Of a stretch of 64,000 nucleotides of DNA, positions 36,035-48,730 are shown piece after piece (within the stretch, counting starts at the first letter, position 1; each line of letters opens with the position of its first letter). The notes beneath the pieces were generated by a model. It made no database searches and was not told the origin of the DNA. It saw nothing but the letters and a program-made list of their open reading frames with translations. Source of the DNA: Malacoraja senta (lineage: Eukaryota). Location of the stretch: the NCBI GenBank assembly GCA_038087875.1, contig CM075989.1:13702001-13766000 (forward strand), written 5' to 3'. The position numbers and the translations under genes were made by a program.

Positions 36035-37285
36035 TCCACAGTGAGACATATTTGACAAGGTTCTTCGTGGTTGGTGATCCAGAAGATTAAGATGCATAGG
36101 ATTCAAGGCGACTTGGTAGACCGGATTCAAAACTAGTTTGGCCATTGAAGACAGTCCTCATGGAGAGGTGTTTCGCTAAATGCAGGTTTCTGGCCATTGG
36201 TATTCCACAGGGATAGCTGGACCTCTGCTGTGTGTGATACAGTGGCTTGCAAAAGTATTCATACCTCTTGAACTTTTCCACATTTTGAAAACCATGTATC
36301 ATTTTCCTTCCACTTCACAATTATGCACCACTTTGTGTTGGTCTATCACATAAAATCCCAATAAAATACATTTACGTTTGTGGTTGTAACGTGACAAAAT
36401 GTGGAAAAGTTCAAGGGGTATAAAAACTTTTGCAAGCCACTGTATATATAAATGACTTGGACGAAATGCAGATGGGTTAATTATTGTTTGCATATGGCAC
36501 AAAAAGGGTGTAGTTATGGATAGAAGGTTGTTTAAGGACACAGCAGGATGGATCGGTTGAAGATATGGCAGAGAAATGGCATTTGGTGTTACTGGGAGTT
36601 TGTAAATTTTGAGTCGTTTGGGAAATTAAAATGTAAGCGGAACTTATAATGGATTGTTAGGGTTTGGGGGTTGAGTTTGGAAAACACTGGGTGTATGAAA
36701 GGATCTAGTTGATCAGAAGGAGAAAGAGGGGAACAGGGAGTGTGGGTTATCTATAATTGGAGAATTCAATATTCATGCTGCATGCAGGACACTTAGGAGT
36801 GTTGATATGCAGAGAAATCTTCTGGTGAAAATCCATAGCAATATGAAAATGGCAATGCAAGTAGATGAGGGTAGAAAACATATGCATGTTTGCTTTTGTT
36901 GGATGGGGCATTAAGTATAAGTCTGGAAGTCATGGAGCTTTTAAAAACGTTGATTAGGCCACATTTGAGGTATTGTGCAATGATACTGGTATTGTGTGCA
37001 GTTCTGGTCCTTCCATTACAGGGAGGATATGGAGGGGGTGCAGAAGAGGTTCACCAGGATGTTGCATGGAGTATAAGGCATTAGCTTTAAGGGAAGTTTG
37101 AACACATTTGGATCGTTTTCTCTGGAGACAGGGGAATCCTGATAGATGTTTATACAATTATGAGAGATGTAGAAAGTCAGAATCTTTTCAGTAGGGTGGA
37201 AATATCAAATACTAGAGAGCAGACCTTTAGGCTAAGAAGGGAAAGTTTAAAGTAGATGTGCGAGGCAAGTTTTTTAAATACCGAG
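36035..37285 (+). mobile_element. Degenerate CR1 LINE between the BTBD1 and HACD3 promoters
   Basis: FDKV.., GIPQG.., IYINDLD, LIRPHLRYC motifs. Confidence 0.75.
36240..36442. mobile_element. Tc1/mariner MITE, 203 bp
   Basis: ~50-bp TIRs starting CAGTGGCTTGCAAAAGT..., TA on both flanks. Confidence 0.92.
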
Positions 37286-37639
37286 GGCGTAGTAGATAAA
37301 TGCACATCTGGGAACAGATGTGCATTTTCCCAAAACGTCACCATTGCATGTTTTCTATAGATGCTGAGTTACTCCAGCACTTTGTGTCTTTTTTCTTTGT
37401 AAGCCAGTATCTGCAGTTCCTTCCGTCTCACGTTTTCTGAAGCTATAACACTACATTCCATTTTCTTTCTCCTTTCGTTTGCACTACCTGTTGTACTCAC
37501 GTATGGTTGTGAACTGCCTGGAGAGAACAAGGTTTTTCAGTGTATCTCGGTACACGTGATAATAATAAACTAGTACCAATATTTATTCCACTGTGAGCAT
37601 GCTGTGCACAAAGGGCTGCTCTAAAAATTGTAAGCTGTT

Positions 37640-38155
37640 TTCAAGAAGGGACGCAGAGGCAGCTGACGGTCCAGGAGCGTGCGTGCGCGCACCTGCTGGC
37701 GGGCGTTCCGCCGGCTCCGTGTGACGCGCACGTCTGCCGTGCCGATTGTTCCAGTAGAGCCGGGACGGAGCGCGGCGGCGAGGCGAGAGTTCCGACACGG
37801 AGCCTGGCCGTTTGTCAGCTCATCTCCTCTCCTCGCCGCGCCGCGCCGAAATGCAGGCCCCGAGTCAGCCTCAGGGCCAGAGCCTGACTCCGCATGTGTA
37901 CTGGGCGCAGAGGCACGGCGAGCTGTTGCTGAGGGTGGATCTGAGCGATGTGCAGGTGAAGCGGCTCGAGTGCGGGACGGGCCACCCACTTTCTCGCGCG
38001 CGCACGATGGAGTAGGGCGCGCGCCCGAGAAGTGAAGTGTCGGCGCTTTCAGGGGCTGAGTGAAAGGGGAGAAAGGAAGGCGCGCTCTGATGAGGGCCGA
38101 AGGGAGGCAGTGCGCGTACTCGAGAAGAGTGAGGGGGAGACACGCGCACCCCGGA
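37640..38155 (+). promoter_or_regulatory. HACD3: CpG island over HACD3 promoter and exon 1
   Basis: Dense CpG; TGACG half-sites and an NRF1-like GCGTGCGCGCA upstream of ATG 37851. Confidence 0.7.
37851..37955 (+). CDS. HACD3: HACD3 exon 1
   Basis: MQAPSQPQGQSLTPHVYWAQRHGELLLRVDLSDVQ|gtgaag. Confidence 0.93.
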
Positions 38156-38156
38156 G

Positions 38157-38302
38157 AAACAGAAAATAGGAGTAGGCCATTCGGCCCTTCGAGCCAGTCA
38201 TGGCTGATCATCTAAAATCAATACCCCGTTCCTGCTTTTCCCCCATATCCTTTGATTCCTTTAGCCCTAAGAGCTAAATCTAACTATCTCTTGAAAACAT
38301 CA
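38157..38302 (-). mobile_element. Young CR1 3' tail
   Basis: gaaacagaaaataggagtaggccattcggcccttcgagcc. Confidence 0.75.
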
Positions 38303-38453
38303 AGAAGAATGAGGGAGGAGACATGCGTGCCAAAGAGTGAGTAAGGGAGGGGAAGAGAGGATAATGTATAAAATTGGAGAATTTCGTTGGACGCTTGTTT
38401 TTGTGAAACTAAGCAGCAAATACCACCCATTTAACTGCTTTCTCTGTCAACAG

Positions 38454-38496
38454 AAACCTGATGTCACGATCACTGAAAATACCCTCTTCTTCAGAG
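38454..38496 (+). CDS. HACD3: HACD3 exon 2
   Basis: KPDVTITENTLFFR; acceptor aacag|, donor |gtaatt. Confidence 0.9.
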
Positions 38497-38654
38497 GTAA
38501 TTTTTTAAATGGCTTAATGGTCTCCTGTGCCCTGACGATTCATGATAATACATCCCCGTGCACAAATCTTTTTTAATGCGAAATAATAACTAAAAGTTCT
38601 GGTACTATAAAAGTGTTATGCGTCATGTAGTTATGCTCTGATCAGGGATAATGG

Positions 38655-39397
38655 CAGGCAGGTGGGTTGCGCTCGCCTACAGTCTGTCTTCTTTTTGTCT
38701 TTTTTGTTATTTTTAGTGTGTTTAAAAAGTATGTGTTAATGTTTTCTTGTTTGTTTTATGTGGGCGGGGAGGGGGGTCGGGGGGGAAACTTGTTTTCAAT
38801 CTCTTACCTTGCCGGAGATGCGATTGTTTTCCGGATCGTATCTCCGGTCGCTCTGCGGCCTAACATCGTGGAGCTGGAGGCCTTGCTCGCGACTGACTTT
38901 GAGCCCCACCACGGTGCCCCACCATCGGAGCCGATTCCTTGTGTGGGATCGACGCTCCAACCGCTGTCTGCAGACTTTACCATCAAAGAGCTCGCAGTCT
39001 CGGGTTGAGACCGGTCGGGAAGCACCAAAATCCGCACGACGTTCGACTGGACCCGACCCGGGGTAGATCGCCCGGCTCGGGGGATCTGAGATTCCCCCTC
39101 GATGCAGGAGCTTGATCGGCCCGACAAGGAGGCCCGCCGCCGACTACGGGAATAAGATCGTCCGGTCAACGGAAGGTTAGAGGCCCCCAACCGCTGGAGG
39201 ACAAAGAAGGGAGAGATTGAACTTTTTTTTTGCCTTCCATCACAGTGAGGAATGCGGAGGAGTCACCGTGGTGGATGTTCATGTTAAAATGTATTTTGTG
39301 TGTTCTGTTGCTTTTTTATTGGTATGACTGTATGGCAAATCAAATTCCTAGTATGTTGCAAAACATACTTGGCTAATAAAGTATGATTATGATTATG
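38655..39397 (+). mobile_element. Unclassified CpG-rich retroposon ending in AATAAA and a (TATGAT)n tail
   Basis: CpG-rich body in an AT-rich intron; ends ...ggctaataaagtatgattatgattatga. Confidence 0.55.
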
Positions 39398-40127
39398 AGG
39401 TGGGTTAAAAAACCTGACAGTTGTAGGAAAGTAGCTGTTCCTGAACTTGGCTGTGTGGGATGAGCATGTTTAAAAACAATAAGAGTTTGTAGGGAAATAA
39501 ATGCAAATATAAAATTTAAAAAATAGATTATGAAAATTAAGATCTGGAGCATTTCAACAGTTTGGGAAGAAGTCGAGTTATCTTTTTTTGTGATCAATTG
39601 TTCTATAGAATGTGCAGTTCTTTAGAGATCATGACATAATTGACCTGCTTTAAATTGTAAACCCCAGGTATTGGATTGAAGTGAATATGAATGTGCGAAG
39701 CCTTTCAGTTTCTATTAGATCATCCATTTAGACAAACCAGTAGTTAGCTCCTTCACGATTCAGAGACACTTCAGAGTTCAAATCATTTAAGTCCTTCTCG
39801 GAATTTCTGTATTGTAGAAAATATTTGTGAAATTGGTTCACCTTCTAAAGGAAGATGTGTACATTTTCTGTAATGTGTATGCATTTGAGGTAAATTGAGA
39901 AATACTTATCCTTGCAATAACCAGTATTGGTTTCTGGTTTACCACAGTCCAGGTGCAAAGACATATATCTTGTCTCATTTAAGTTTCATGAATTCTGTGG
40001 AAAAAGCTTGTAACCCGAATTCATGCAATTGGTCAAAAGAAAGTGTTTAAATTCAGCAAAGTGTACAGTGTGCAAGTTAAAACCGTAAGATCATAACATG
40101 GAATGATAGTAAAAAGTTGCATCAATC

Positions 40128-40420
40128 ATCATGGTGGCGCAGCAGTAGAGTTGCTGCCTACAGCGAATGCAGCGCTGGAGACCCGGGTTCGATCCTGACA
40201 ACGGGTGCTGTCTGTACGGAGTTTGTACGTTCTCCCCGTGACCTGTGCGGGTTTTCTTCGAGATCTTTGGTTCCCTCCCACACTCCAAAGACGTACTGGT
40301 TTGTAGGTTAATTGGCTTGGTAAATGTAAAAATTGTAAGGATAGTGTTAATGTGCGGGGGATCGCTGGTTGGCGTGGGCCGAAAGGCCTGTTTCCGCGCT
40401 GTATCTTTAAACTAAACTAA
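40128..40420 (+). mobile_element. Full-length V-SINE (HE1-like)
   Basis: tggtggcgcagc A box, gggttcgatcc B box, V domain, CR1-like 3' end, (ctaaa)n tail. Confidence 0.9.
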
Positions 40421-41379
40421 TCCAATACTGGTAGATTCTCGGCATCGAACCAATTTTAATTGGGTTTGTAGTTTATCTTTAAGCTTTGTATAATGGACAG
40501 ACCTCTCAAATACCATTCTGTTTTCTGGTAGAATTACATTTATCCTAGGTATCATAACAGTTGAGTTATAATGAGAGTGGGAAGAAAATATGTTCTCTAA
40601 ACTGAAGTAAGATGGGTTTTTGGCTCTCTCCTTAGCAGCAGTGGGTTTCTTTTACCAATGACACCTATTAAATTCTCATTAACTGTAAGGGACAAGAGTG
40701 CTGACTTCCTAGTGATTACAACAATACACAGATCCTGTCTTAACACCAAACAACCCAATAAACATTAACATGTTGTATAAAGTTCTCAAAGCATTAAACA
40801 CATACTTATAAATGTTTAAATATTTGATGCCAACAAACTATTTCCATTGAAACTATTGATACTTACAAGTAGAGGATGATTTCTAAATCACATGATGTAG
40901 CTGTGCAAAGAAAGGCCACTCTTTTTGAGTGGTCAAGTGGTCAATGTTTGTTCCGTCAAGGTGTACATATACACAGTTAAATTTTTTTCTTAAAAGTCAA
41001 GATGGTGCCTTGTGAATATGTAGATCTGGGGAAAGCAAATAGGTGGATATTATAGATTCCACATAGTTAAGGAAGATGAGAGGTTCATTGGCTTTATCCT
41101 AGAAAGAATACAATCCTTTCCCAAATGAACCCAAATAAATGTAACCCAATGGAGTTCTACAACAGTCCATTTTTAGAGTTACTGATGATTGAATGGTATG
41201 CCCGCTGGTATTTCTGTGCTGTATCTGTCAACTAAACTAAACTAAAGAGGCTTTTACATAGGCACATGGAAAATGAAGGAATGAAGGGATATGCAGCATG
41301 TTCAGGCAGAGTTTAGTTTAACTTGGCATCATGTTCGACACAGACATTGTGGACCAGTGCCTTTTCCTGTGCTGTTGTA

Positions 41380-42235
41380 TGTTCTAATGTGGGGAAGTGT
41401 AAGGTAACAACGTTTGAGAAATAAAATCAAAAAGCAGATCATTATCTAAATGGAAAGAGACTGAAGGTCACTGAAGCACAGGATTTGGGTGTTCTAGTGA
41501 TGAATCACAAATAAACTAACAGGAAGGTCAAGTCTATTGTCATATGCATGTATGATGAGGTACAGATACAATGAAAATCTTGTTTGTGTCTGACAAATAG
41601 TAAGAACAATATGAGGTTTTGTTGCAATTTTGTGGATAGAGCCTCATCTGAAATACTGTGTATGGTTTTGATCTGCTTACCAATAAAAGATAGTAAATTG
41701 GGCTCAGTCTGAAATTCACTAGGCTAATTCCTGGGATGTGAGGGTTATCCTACCAAGTGTGATTGAATAGTCTGTGCATAATGCTGGAATGATAATCTAT
41801 TATTTCTTGGAGTTTAGGAGAAGGAGTGACTTTATCCAAACACGTAAGACTCTACTGGAAAACAATATACTACAGATGATGAAATCTGGAACTTAAGAGG
41901 ACATAACAGGCTAAATTTTGAGATGTTTTCATGAATGGGGGAGTCTCGAACAGGAGAATATCACTACAAGATAAGAGAGTGTTTGTTTAAATCTGAGTTA
42001 TGCAGAAATTTCTTCTCATAGAGGGTTGTTAATCTCTGGAATTCTCTGCCCAGGTGGGTGGTAGAAGCTAACGCGTGAGAAATGGAGTTGGATAAATATT
42101 TGATAGATGAAGGAATAGAGCATTGTGGAGAATTTCACAGAAGAGTTGAGGCCACCATAGATTAGCCGTGATCATATTAAATGGTGGGGCGGGCTTGAAG
42201 GGCCTGTTAGCCTGCTCCTACTCCTATTAACTTGA
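41380..42235 (+). mobile_element. Degenerate CR1 3' region
   Basis: Decayed RT C-terminus; tail ggcctg..agcctgctcctactccta. Confidence 0.6.
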
Positions 42236-42335
42236 GTTTTTGTGTTCCAGATAGTAGTGTCGCTTCTGAGGAATTTGGGTGTAATCTCGTGTTGCATGTC
42301 ACACATTTAATAACAATTTTCTTCTGCACCTCCAG

Positions 42336-42409
42336 CACATGGCCATGGAGCAAAAGGAGACAATGCCTACGAATTCCGCTTGGCATTCCTGGAAGCGGTG
42401 AATTCTGAG
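42336..42409 (+). CDS. HACD3: HACD3 exon 3
   Basis: (A)HGHGAKGDNAYEFRLAFLEAVNSE|gtaaca. Confidence 0.92.
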
Positions 42410-42614
42410 GTAACACTGGTAGTTTAACATCGGGCATTGATTTTAATTCTGTCACGTAACCTAATGAAAGTTGACTATTTTTAATGGCTTGCACAATTTG
42501 GCAAGGATCTTTATTTTAGTTTATTGTCACGTGTACCAAGGGACAGTGAAAAGCTCTTTGGTTGCATGCTATCCAGTCAGTGAAAAGTACAAATATGAAA
42601 GTGGGATAACAGAA

Positions 42615-42830
42615 CTGGTAGGGCGGCTGCCTTACAGCGCCAGAGAACCGGGTTCGAACCTAACCCGGGTGCTGTCTGTGGAGTTTGCACGCCCTTGCTG
42701 TGATAGCGCGGGTTTCCTCTGGGTGCTCCGGTTTTCCCCCACATTCCAAAGACGTGTGGGATTATAGGTCAATTGGCTCTCAGTAAATTGCCCTAGTGTG
42801 TAGGGAGTGGAAAAGAAAGTGGTATAACAT
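42615..42830 (+). mobile_element. V-SINE
   Basis: gggttcgaacc B box and V domain. Confidence 0.8.
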
Positions 42831-43809
42831 TGAATATATTCAGTCCTTGAGTTTATAGGCTAAAACATTTCATACTCTCCAGTCACCTTTTGATAAATAT
42901 CGGTTTACTGCTAATTTCCAACGATAATTATATGTACTATTGAGTCTGTAACATAACCGTGCCTACAACATATCTTCATTCGCAATGGCTGGTTCCCAGC
43001 ATACATCTGAAGACTAAGTTGATCTGAATACGTCTATAAAGAAGACAGCAATTAATCTAAAGATTAGAATCAGTTTAGGCTGTTAGAATGGTAATTTTGG
43101 AGATGTGACTAGCTTAAGATTGAATTGTTTTGCTCACATGATGTGCATAATGCTGGAATGATTATCATAGAGTTACACACCATAGAAAAACCATGCAAGA
43201 TTCATGAGCACAAGATCAGAGCTTTAGTTATGTATAGATTCTCATCTCCACCGAAGCTCATTGGCTGCTCTGTGCATCAGCTACAAAATGCACTGCAGCC
43301 ACTCTGACAGCAGTTCCCAAACATACAAATTATGACACCCACAAAGGACAATGGCAGCATCCACAGGGGAACTTAACCACTTGCAGCTTCCCCTCCCAGT
43401 CATCTTCAGCTTGGAAATATATTGCCTGTCCTCGGTTGTCATTGGTTCTAAATACTAAGCATCAGAACTGGTGAGGTCAGCTTCACCAGAAGTACTGCAG
43501 TAGTTTGAGAAGAATATTATTTTGTGATTCTGAAAATATGATATCAGGTTTTGACTTCCAAAAAAAAATTGTTGTACTTTCAAGTCGAAAGTAAAGGCAA
43601 GAGTGTTTAATTGTCTGATGTACTGACGATGGAAGAATAAAATTCTTACATACAGCGATGGGGATGTTCAGGTTCTCCAGTGCTTTCTTCTATGGAGTTA
43701 CTCCGTTTCTGTACAAATGTATGAGTTTTGATAAGAATGTCTTTGTTCAATTTTGAGCCACGTAACTTTATTTACAGGGAATTTACTCTAAAATTGTTTG
43801 CCTTAATAG

Positions 43810-43974
43810 CCGCTGTTCAAAACCACAGAAAGACAAGTAAATATCACGGTGAAAAAAATAGAGAGCAAATGGTGGGACAGACTGACAAAACAGGAAAAGA
43901 AACCAATATTCTTAGTTCCTGATTTTGACCGATGGCTGGATGAGTCTGATGCTGAAACGGAACTTAGGGAAAAG
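43810..43974 (+). CDS. HACD3: HACD3 exon 4
   Basis: PLFKTTERQVNITVKKIESKWWDRLTKQEKKPIFLVPDFDRWLDESDAETELREK. Confidence 0.95.
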
Positions 43975-44158
43975 GTAATTTTGTCGAGGAAATATTGTGT
44001 ATTCCCATATTTTATGATTAGCCGGATGAACTTTGTGCTTTACAGACTCGTTTGTTGTTTTTTCTTTTTAACCCAATTTCTGCATATTATAAGATTATGG
44101 ATGATATTTACACAATACAACTATTATGTAATTACATCAATTTATTCTCCCTTTACAG

Positions 44159-44213
44159 GAGGAATTAGCAGAGATTAATAAAATAAGTTTGGAGTCAAGG
44201 GTTCGAAAGAATT
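44159..44213 (+). CDS. HACD3: HACD3 exon 5
   Basis: EELAEINKISLESRVRKN; acceptor ttacag|, donor |gtaagt. Confidence 0.88.
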
Positions 44214-44734
44214 GTAAGTAAAAGAATGTAGAAAATTGGAGCAGGAGAAAGCCACACACCCCCTTGAATCTGTTCTACTATTCATTGTGGATTTGATTGG
44301 TGGCCATAGTTCCAGTTCCTGCCCAATTGATCACTGCCCAATTCCTGCAGTCCAAGTATCAATCTCAAGGTGAAAATATTTAAGAGTGAAATGAGGAAGA
44401 ATTTCTTCGCTCAAAGTGGCGTGAATGATGATGTTCCCTGGCCCAGATAGATGAATCCTTGAATTTATTAAATGCTGAGATGGATAGATTTTAATCACTA
44501 AGGAATGGATAATATGGGGAAAGGTCAGTACACTTAAGGAATGTTGGATCAGCCATGATTTCATTGAATAGCAGAGCAGGTTTGAGGGACTAAATGGCCC
44601 CCTGGTTACAATTTCTTGTTGTTTTAATGTACTTAATGTCTGAATATTTTCAGCGCTCTGGGGTAAAGAATGCTAAGATTCACACCATTGTCTGAGTCTA
44701 GGCAATTTAGTTCTAGTTTCTACATGCTTGTCAT

Positions 44735-45235
44735 AATTATCCACTTGGGTATCTTACAACCCAATGGTATGTCCAGTGAATTCTCTAATTTTAGGCAACA
44801 ATCCTGCCCCTCTCCCTCCCCCCCCCCCCCACACCCACCACCACCCATTTCACTTACTAACCTCCCCCAGCTATCTTTGCTTTCCCCTTCCCCAACCACC
44901 TATATCCTTTCGACTGGCTCTGCATTTCGCTAATTTTTTCTCTTTATCTGAAACTCTTTTGCCTCCATTTGTCACTTTTTTGTCTCCTTTTCATCTCCAG
45001 CCTTTGTTCACCCTTACGCCAATCAAACCTGTATCCACCTGTTATCTTGCCAAACTTACCCACCCCACCTCTTTTCCAACTTTCTCCTGCAATTTACTAC
45101 ATTCAGTCTGAAGAGGGGTCCCGACCCGAAACACCATCTATCCATGTCTTCCAGTGATTCTGCCTGACCCACTGAGTTATTCCAGCACTTTGAGTTCTAT
45201 CCAAGATTCCAATATCTGCAGTTCCTGGCATCTCT
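44735..45235 (+). mobile_element. Penelope-like 3' fragment
   Basis: HLGILQPNGM..EFSNFR followed by a pseudo-LTR with ctgaagaggggtcccgacccgaaac. Confidence 0.75.
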
Positions 45236-45413
45236 ATTTAATATTCATTAGTTGATCTTGATTGCATTCAACAGGGCAAGTGGTTTGCGTATGGTCATCT
45301 ATGTTAGCATTGTTTGCTTTGTGCTTGATATTCCTAACTGAGGTGGTTATACTGTTTATAATAAAGACTGTTTTCTTTTTAGCAGCCTTAACGTTTTATT
45401 TGCTTTACAACAG

Positions 45414-45524
45414 CCTACGTCACCATGAGGACAGGTTACCTATTTATGTATAACCTTGTGCAGTTTCTGGGCTTCTCTTGGATCTTTGTCAATATGACAG
45501 TGAGACTCTTTGTTTTTGGCCAAG
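45414..45524 (+). CDS. HACD3: HACD3 exon 6
   Basis: YVTMRTGYLFMYNLVQFLGFSWIFVNMTVRLFVFGQ. Confidence 0.93.
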
Positions 45525-46059
45525 GTAAGTGACTCTTTCATCCTTTGCAAATCCAGAGTTCCCATATTGCCTCGCTATGAAATCCTGTTATAATGTGTTT
45601 TATATTAGTGTTGCAAATCAGATGTCATACGTGTAACTGGGAAGAGAATAGATCAGACGAGAAAGGACTGAGAAGATAGGAATTAAATGGGACAAGAGTA
45701 TGTTAAAACATTGGGTCTGCCAGACAATCCTGCTTATGGATTTTATGTAGTAGATAGAAGCAGGCTATGCGGGACTGGGACAATGAATTTGGAGGCTGTG
45801 GAGGAATGATCCCTGGGGTCTATGATTGCTTGGGTCACATGACCTGATTTTTGATTGTGAGTTATGATCCAAAAGGAAGTATGAGAAAGTGCCTGAGAGT
45901 AGACGCCTGTTCTCGGGATGATAGTGGTCAGTTCACCAGACAACACAGCTCCATTCTTGTTTACTTGGTTTACTGAATGGGGTGCTGTAAGTTCAGAAGG
46001 GGCACATTGGAGCAGGAGAGGGGAGGAGATGGTCAATTAATAGATCTATAAGACGGTAA

Positions 46060-46720
46060 TTGGCCAAATGGAGATGTCCAGGTGGAATGGGACTATTGAA
46101 GATAAGTTAAAGAATCTATAGTTTGGGATGAAAGCTCTTGGCCAGGAACTAACGTGGAGATGTTGTCATGTGGAGCAAATTCATTGAAGTGTGGATGTAG
46201 GGGAAGGAAGCTGAGGCATCTACTGAGGACTAATCTGAAGGATGTCAGGAAGATCAGAGGGATGTTTACAATACAGATAGTTGGAGGTGAGGAGGGAGAG
46301 ATGGAGTCTTGAGGAAAGTGAAGTGGAAGAAATATCAGAAGAGGATCGGAGAGATATTGGAATGCAAGCACATTTGTTTACAATCTCCAATCTGAAAGGA
46401 ATGAGAAAAGTCATCCACTATGGTATCGAATGCAGCAAAGAAAAAAGTGGGACTGTAGGCCACAATGTCTTTGAGATGATAATTTTGTCTTGTTGCAGAG
46501 AGAAGTCAAGAGCATGCAAGGCAATGATTGCGGAGAGCAGAGAAATGTTTGATAGTTTGCATAATCCTGTGATCCTGGGGGTCTAAATTGCAAAAGGCCT
46601 TGGAATTGATGTGGAACGAATTGGAACTGGAAGCGTTTGATAAGGAAAGAGATGTGGCTGTGGAAGTGGGTTTTAGACAACACATTATCCAAGCAAACAA
46701 TATTGAGGGCGAGCACGGCA
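46060..46720 (-). mobile_element. Probable Penelope-like ORF N-terminal relic
   Basis: KTHFHSHISFL...; LVLSRCLSFLPLHPHFNEF resembles the VLSKGL.F.P motif that precedes Penelope RT. Confidence 0.5.
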
Positions 46721-46721
46721 A

Positions 46722-48730
46722 GAAACATAGAAAAATAGGTGCAGGAGTAGGCCATTCGGCCCTTCGAGCCAGCACCCCATTCAATATGATCATGGCTGTT
46801 CATCTAAAATCAATACCCCGTTCCTGCTTTTTCCCCCAAATACCTTGATTCCTTTAGCCCTAAGAGCTAAATCTAACTCTCTCTTGAAAACATCCAGTGA
46901 ATTGGCCGCCTCTGCCTTCCATTCCACAGACAGGAAACAAAGAGTAGGGATTAACGGGTCCCTTTCAGAATGGCAGGCAGTGACCAGTGGGGCTTGGTGC
47001 TGTTTACAATATATATTGATGATTTAGATGAAGGAATTAAAAGTAACATTAGCACATTTTCATATGACACAAAGCTGGTTGGCAGTGTGAACTGTGAAGA
47101 GGATGCTATGAGGATGTAGGGTGACTTGGAGAGGTTGGGTGAGTGGGCAGATGGATGGCAGATGCAGTATGATGTGGATAAATGTGAGGTTATCCACTTT
47201 GGTGGCAAAAACAGGAATTCCAGTGAATACAAGTCCAGTCGATCCATTCTTTCAAAATATGTCAGTTCCGCCATCCCGGGAATTAACCTGATGAACCTAT
47301 GCTGCACTCTCTCAGTAGCAATAATGTCCTTCCTCAAATTAGGAGACCAAAATTGCAGACAATACTCCAGGTGTGGTCTCACCAGTACCCTGTACAACTG
47401 TAGTAGGATCTCCTTGCTCCTAAACTCAAATCCTCTCGCAATGAAGGTCAACATGCTTCTTCACTGCCTGCTGTACCTGCATGCTTACTTTCAATAACTG
47501 ATGTACAAGCACACCCAGGTCTTGTTGCAACTTCCCTTTTCCTCATCTGACACCATTCAGATAATAATCTGCCTTCCTGTTCTTGCTACCAAAGTGGATA
47601 ACCTCACATTTATCCACATTATACTGCATCTGCCATGCATCTCCCCACTCACCAACCTATCCAAGTCATCCTGTAACCTCATGGCATCCTCATCGCAGCC
47701 CACACTCACCCAGCTTTGTGTCATTTGCAAACTTGGAGATGTTACATTTACTTCCCTTATCTAAATTGTTAATATATATTGTAAATAACTTGCGTCCCAG
47801 CACCAAGGCTTGCGGCACCCCACTAGGCATTGCCTGCAATTCTGAAAAGGACCCGGTAATTCCTACTCTGCTTCCTGTCTGCCAACCAGTTCTCTATCCA
47901 TGTTAATACCCTACCCCCAATACCATGTGCTCTAATTTTGGGCACTGATCTCTTGTGTGGGACCTTGTCAGAGGCTTTTTGAAAGTTGAGATACACCACA
48001 TCCACTGGTTCGCCCTTATCCATTCTACTTGTTACATCCTCAAAAAATTCCAAATTATTAGTCAAGCATAATTTCCCCTTCATAAATCCATGCTGACTTT
48101 GACCGATCCTGTCACTGCTTTCCAAATGAGCTGCTATAACATATTTAACAATTGACTCGAGCATCTTCCCCGCTACCGATGTAAGGCTAATTGGTCTATA
48201 ATTCCCCATTTTCTCTCTCCCTCTTCTTAAAAAGTGGGGTTACATTGGCTACCCTCCAGTCCACAGGAACTGATCCAGTGTCGAGAGAACATTGGAAAAT
48301 TATCAACAATACATCCATGATTTCTAGGGCCGCCTCCTTGAGTATTCTGTGATGCAGGCCATCAGGCCCTGGGGATTTATCTACCTTCAGTCCCAACAGC
48401 TTGCCTAACACCATTTCCTGACTAATATGCATTCCCTTCAGTTCCTCCCTCTCACTAGATCCTCAGTCCCCTAGTATTTCAGGGAAATTGTGTCTTCCTT
48501 AGTGAAGACAGAACCAAAGTACTTGTTTAACTGTTCTGCCATTTCATTGTTTTCCAGTCTAAATTCACCTGTCTCTGATTGTAAGGGACCTATATTTGTC
48601 TTCATTAATCTTTTCCAATTTACATATCTAAAGAAGCTTTTTGAGTCTTTTTATATTCCCAAGCTTTATTTCATGCTCATTTCCCCCCCCCCCTCTTAAT
48701 TAACCCCTTCATCTTCCTCTATTGAGTTTA
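46722..48730 (-). mobile_element. Young CR1 LINE with an internal inverted duplication (46928-47215 on +)
   Basis: DKSPGPDG, NYRPISLTS, QHGFMKGK, KA.DKVPH, LVRPHLEYC on the minus strand; RT segment repeated on +. Confidence 0.9.

Noticed and set aside
40128-40200. tRNA gene (A and B boxes)
   Set aside because: SINE head continuing into a V domain; repeated several times in the window
43795-43809. U12-type intron suggested by CCTTAA/CCTTAT near acceptors (also near 25755 and 45386)
   Set aside because: The matching donors (gtaaca, gtgggc, gtaagt) are not the U12 RTATCCTT type
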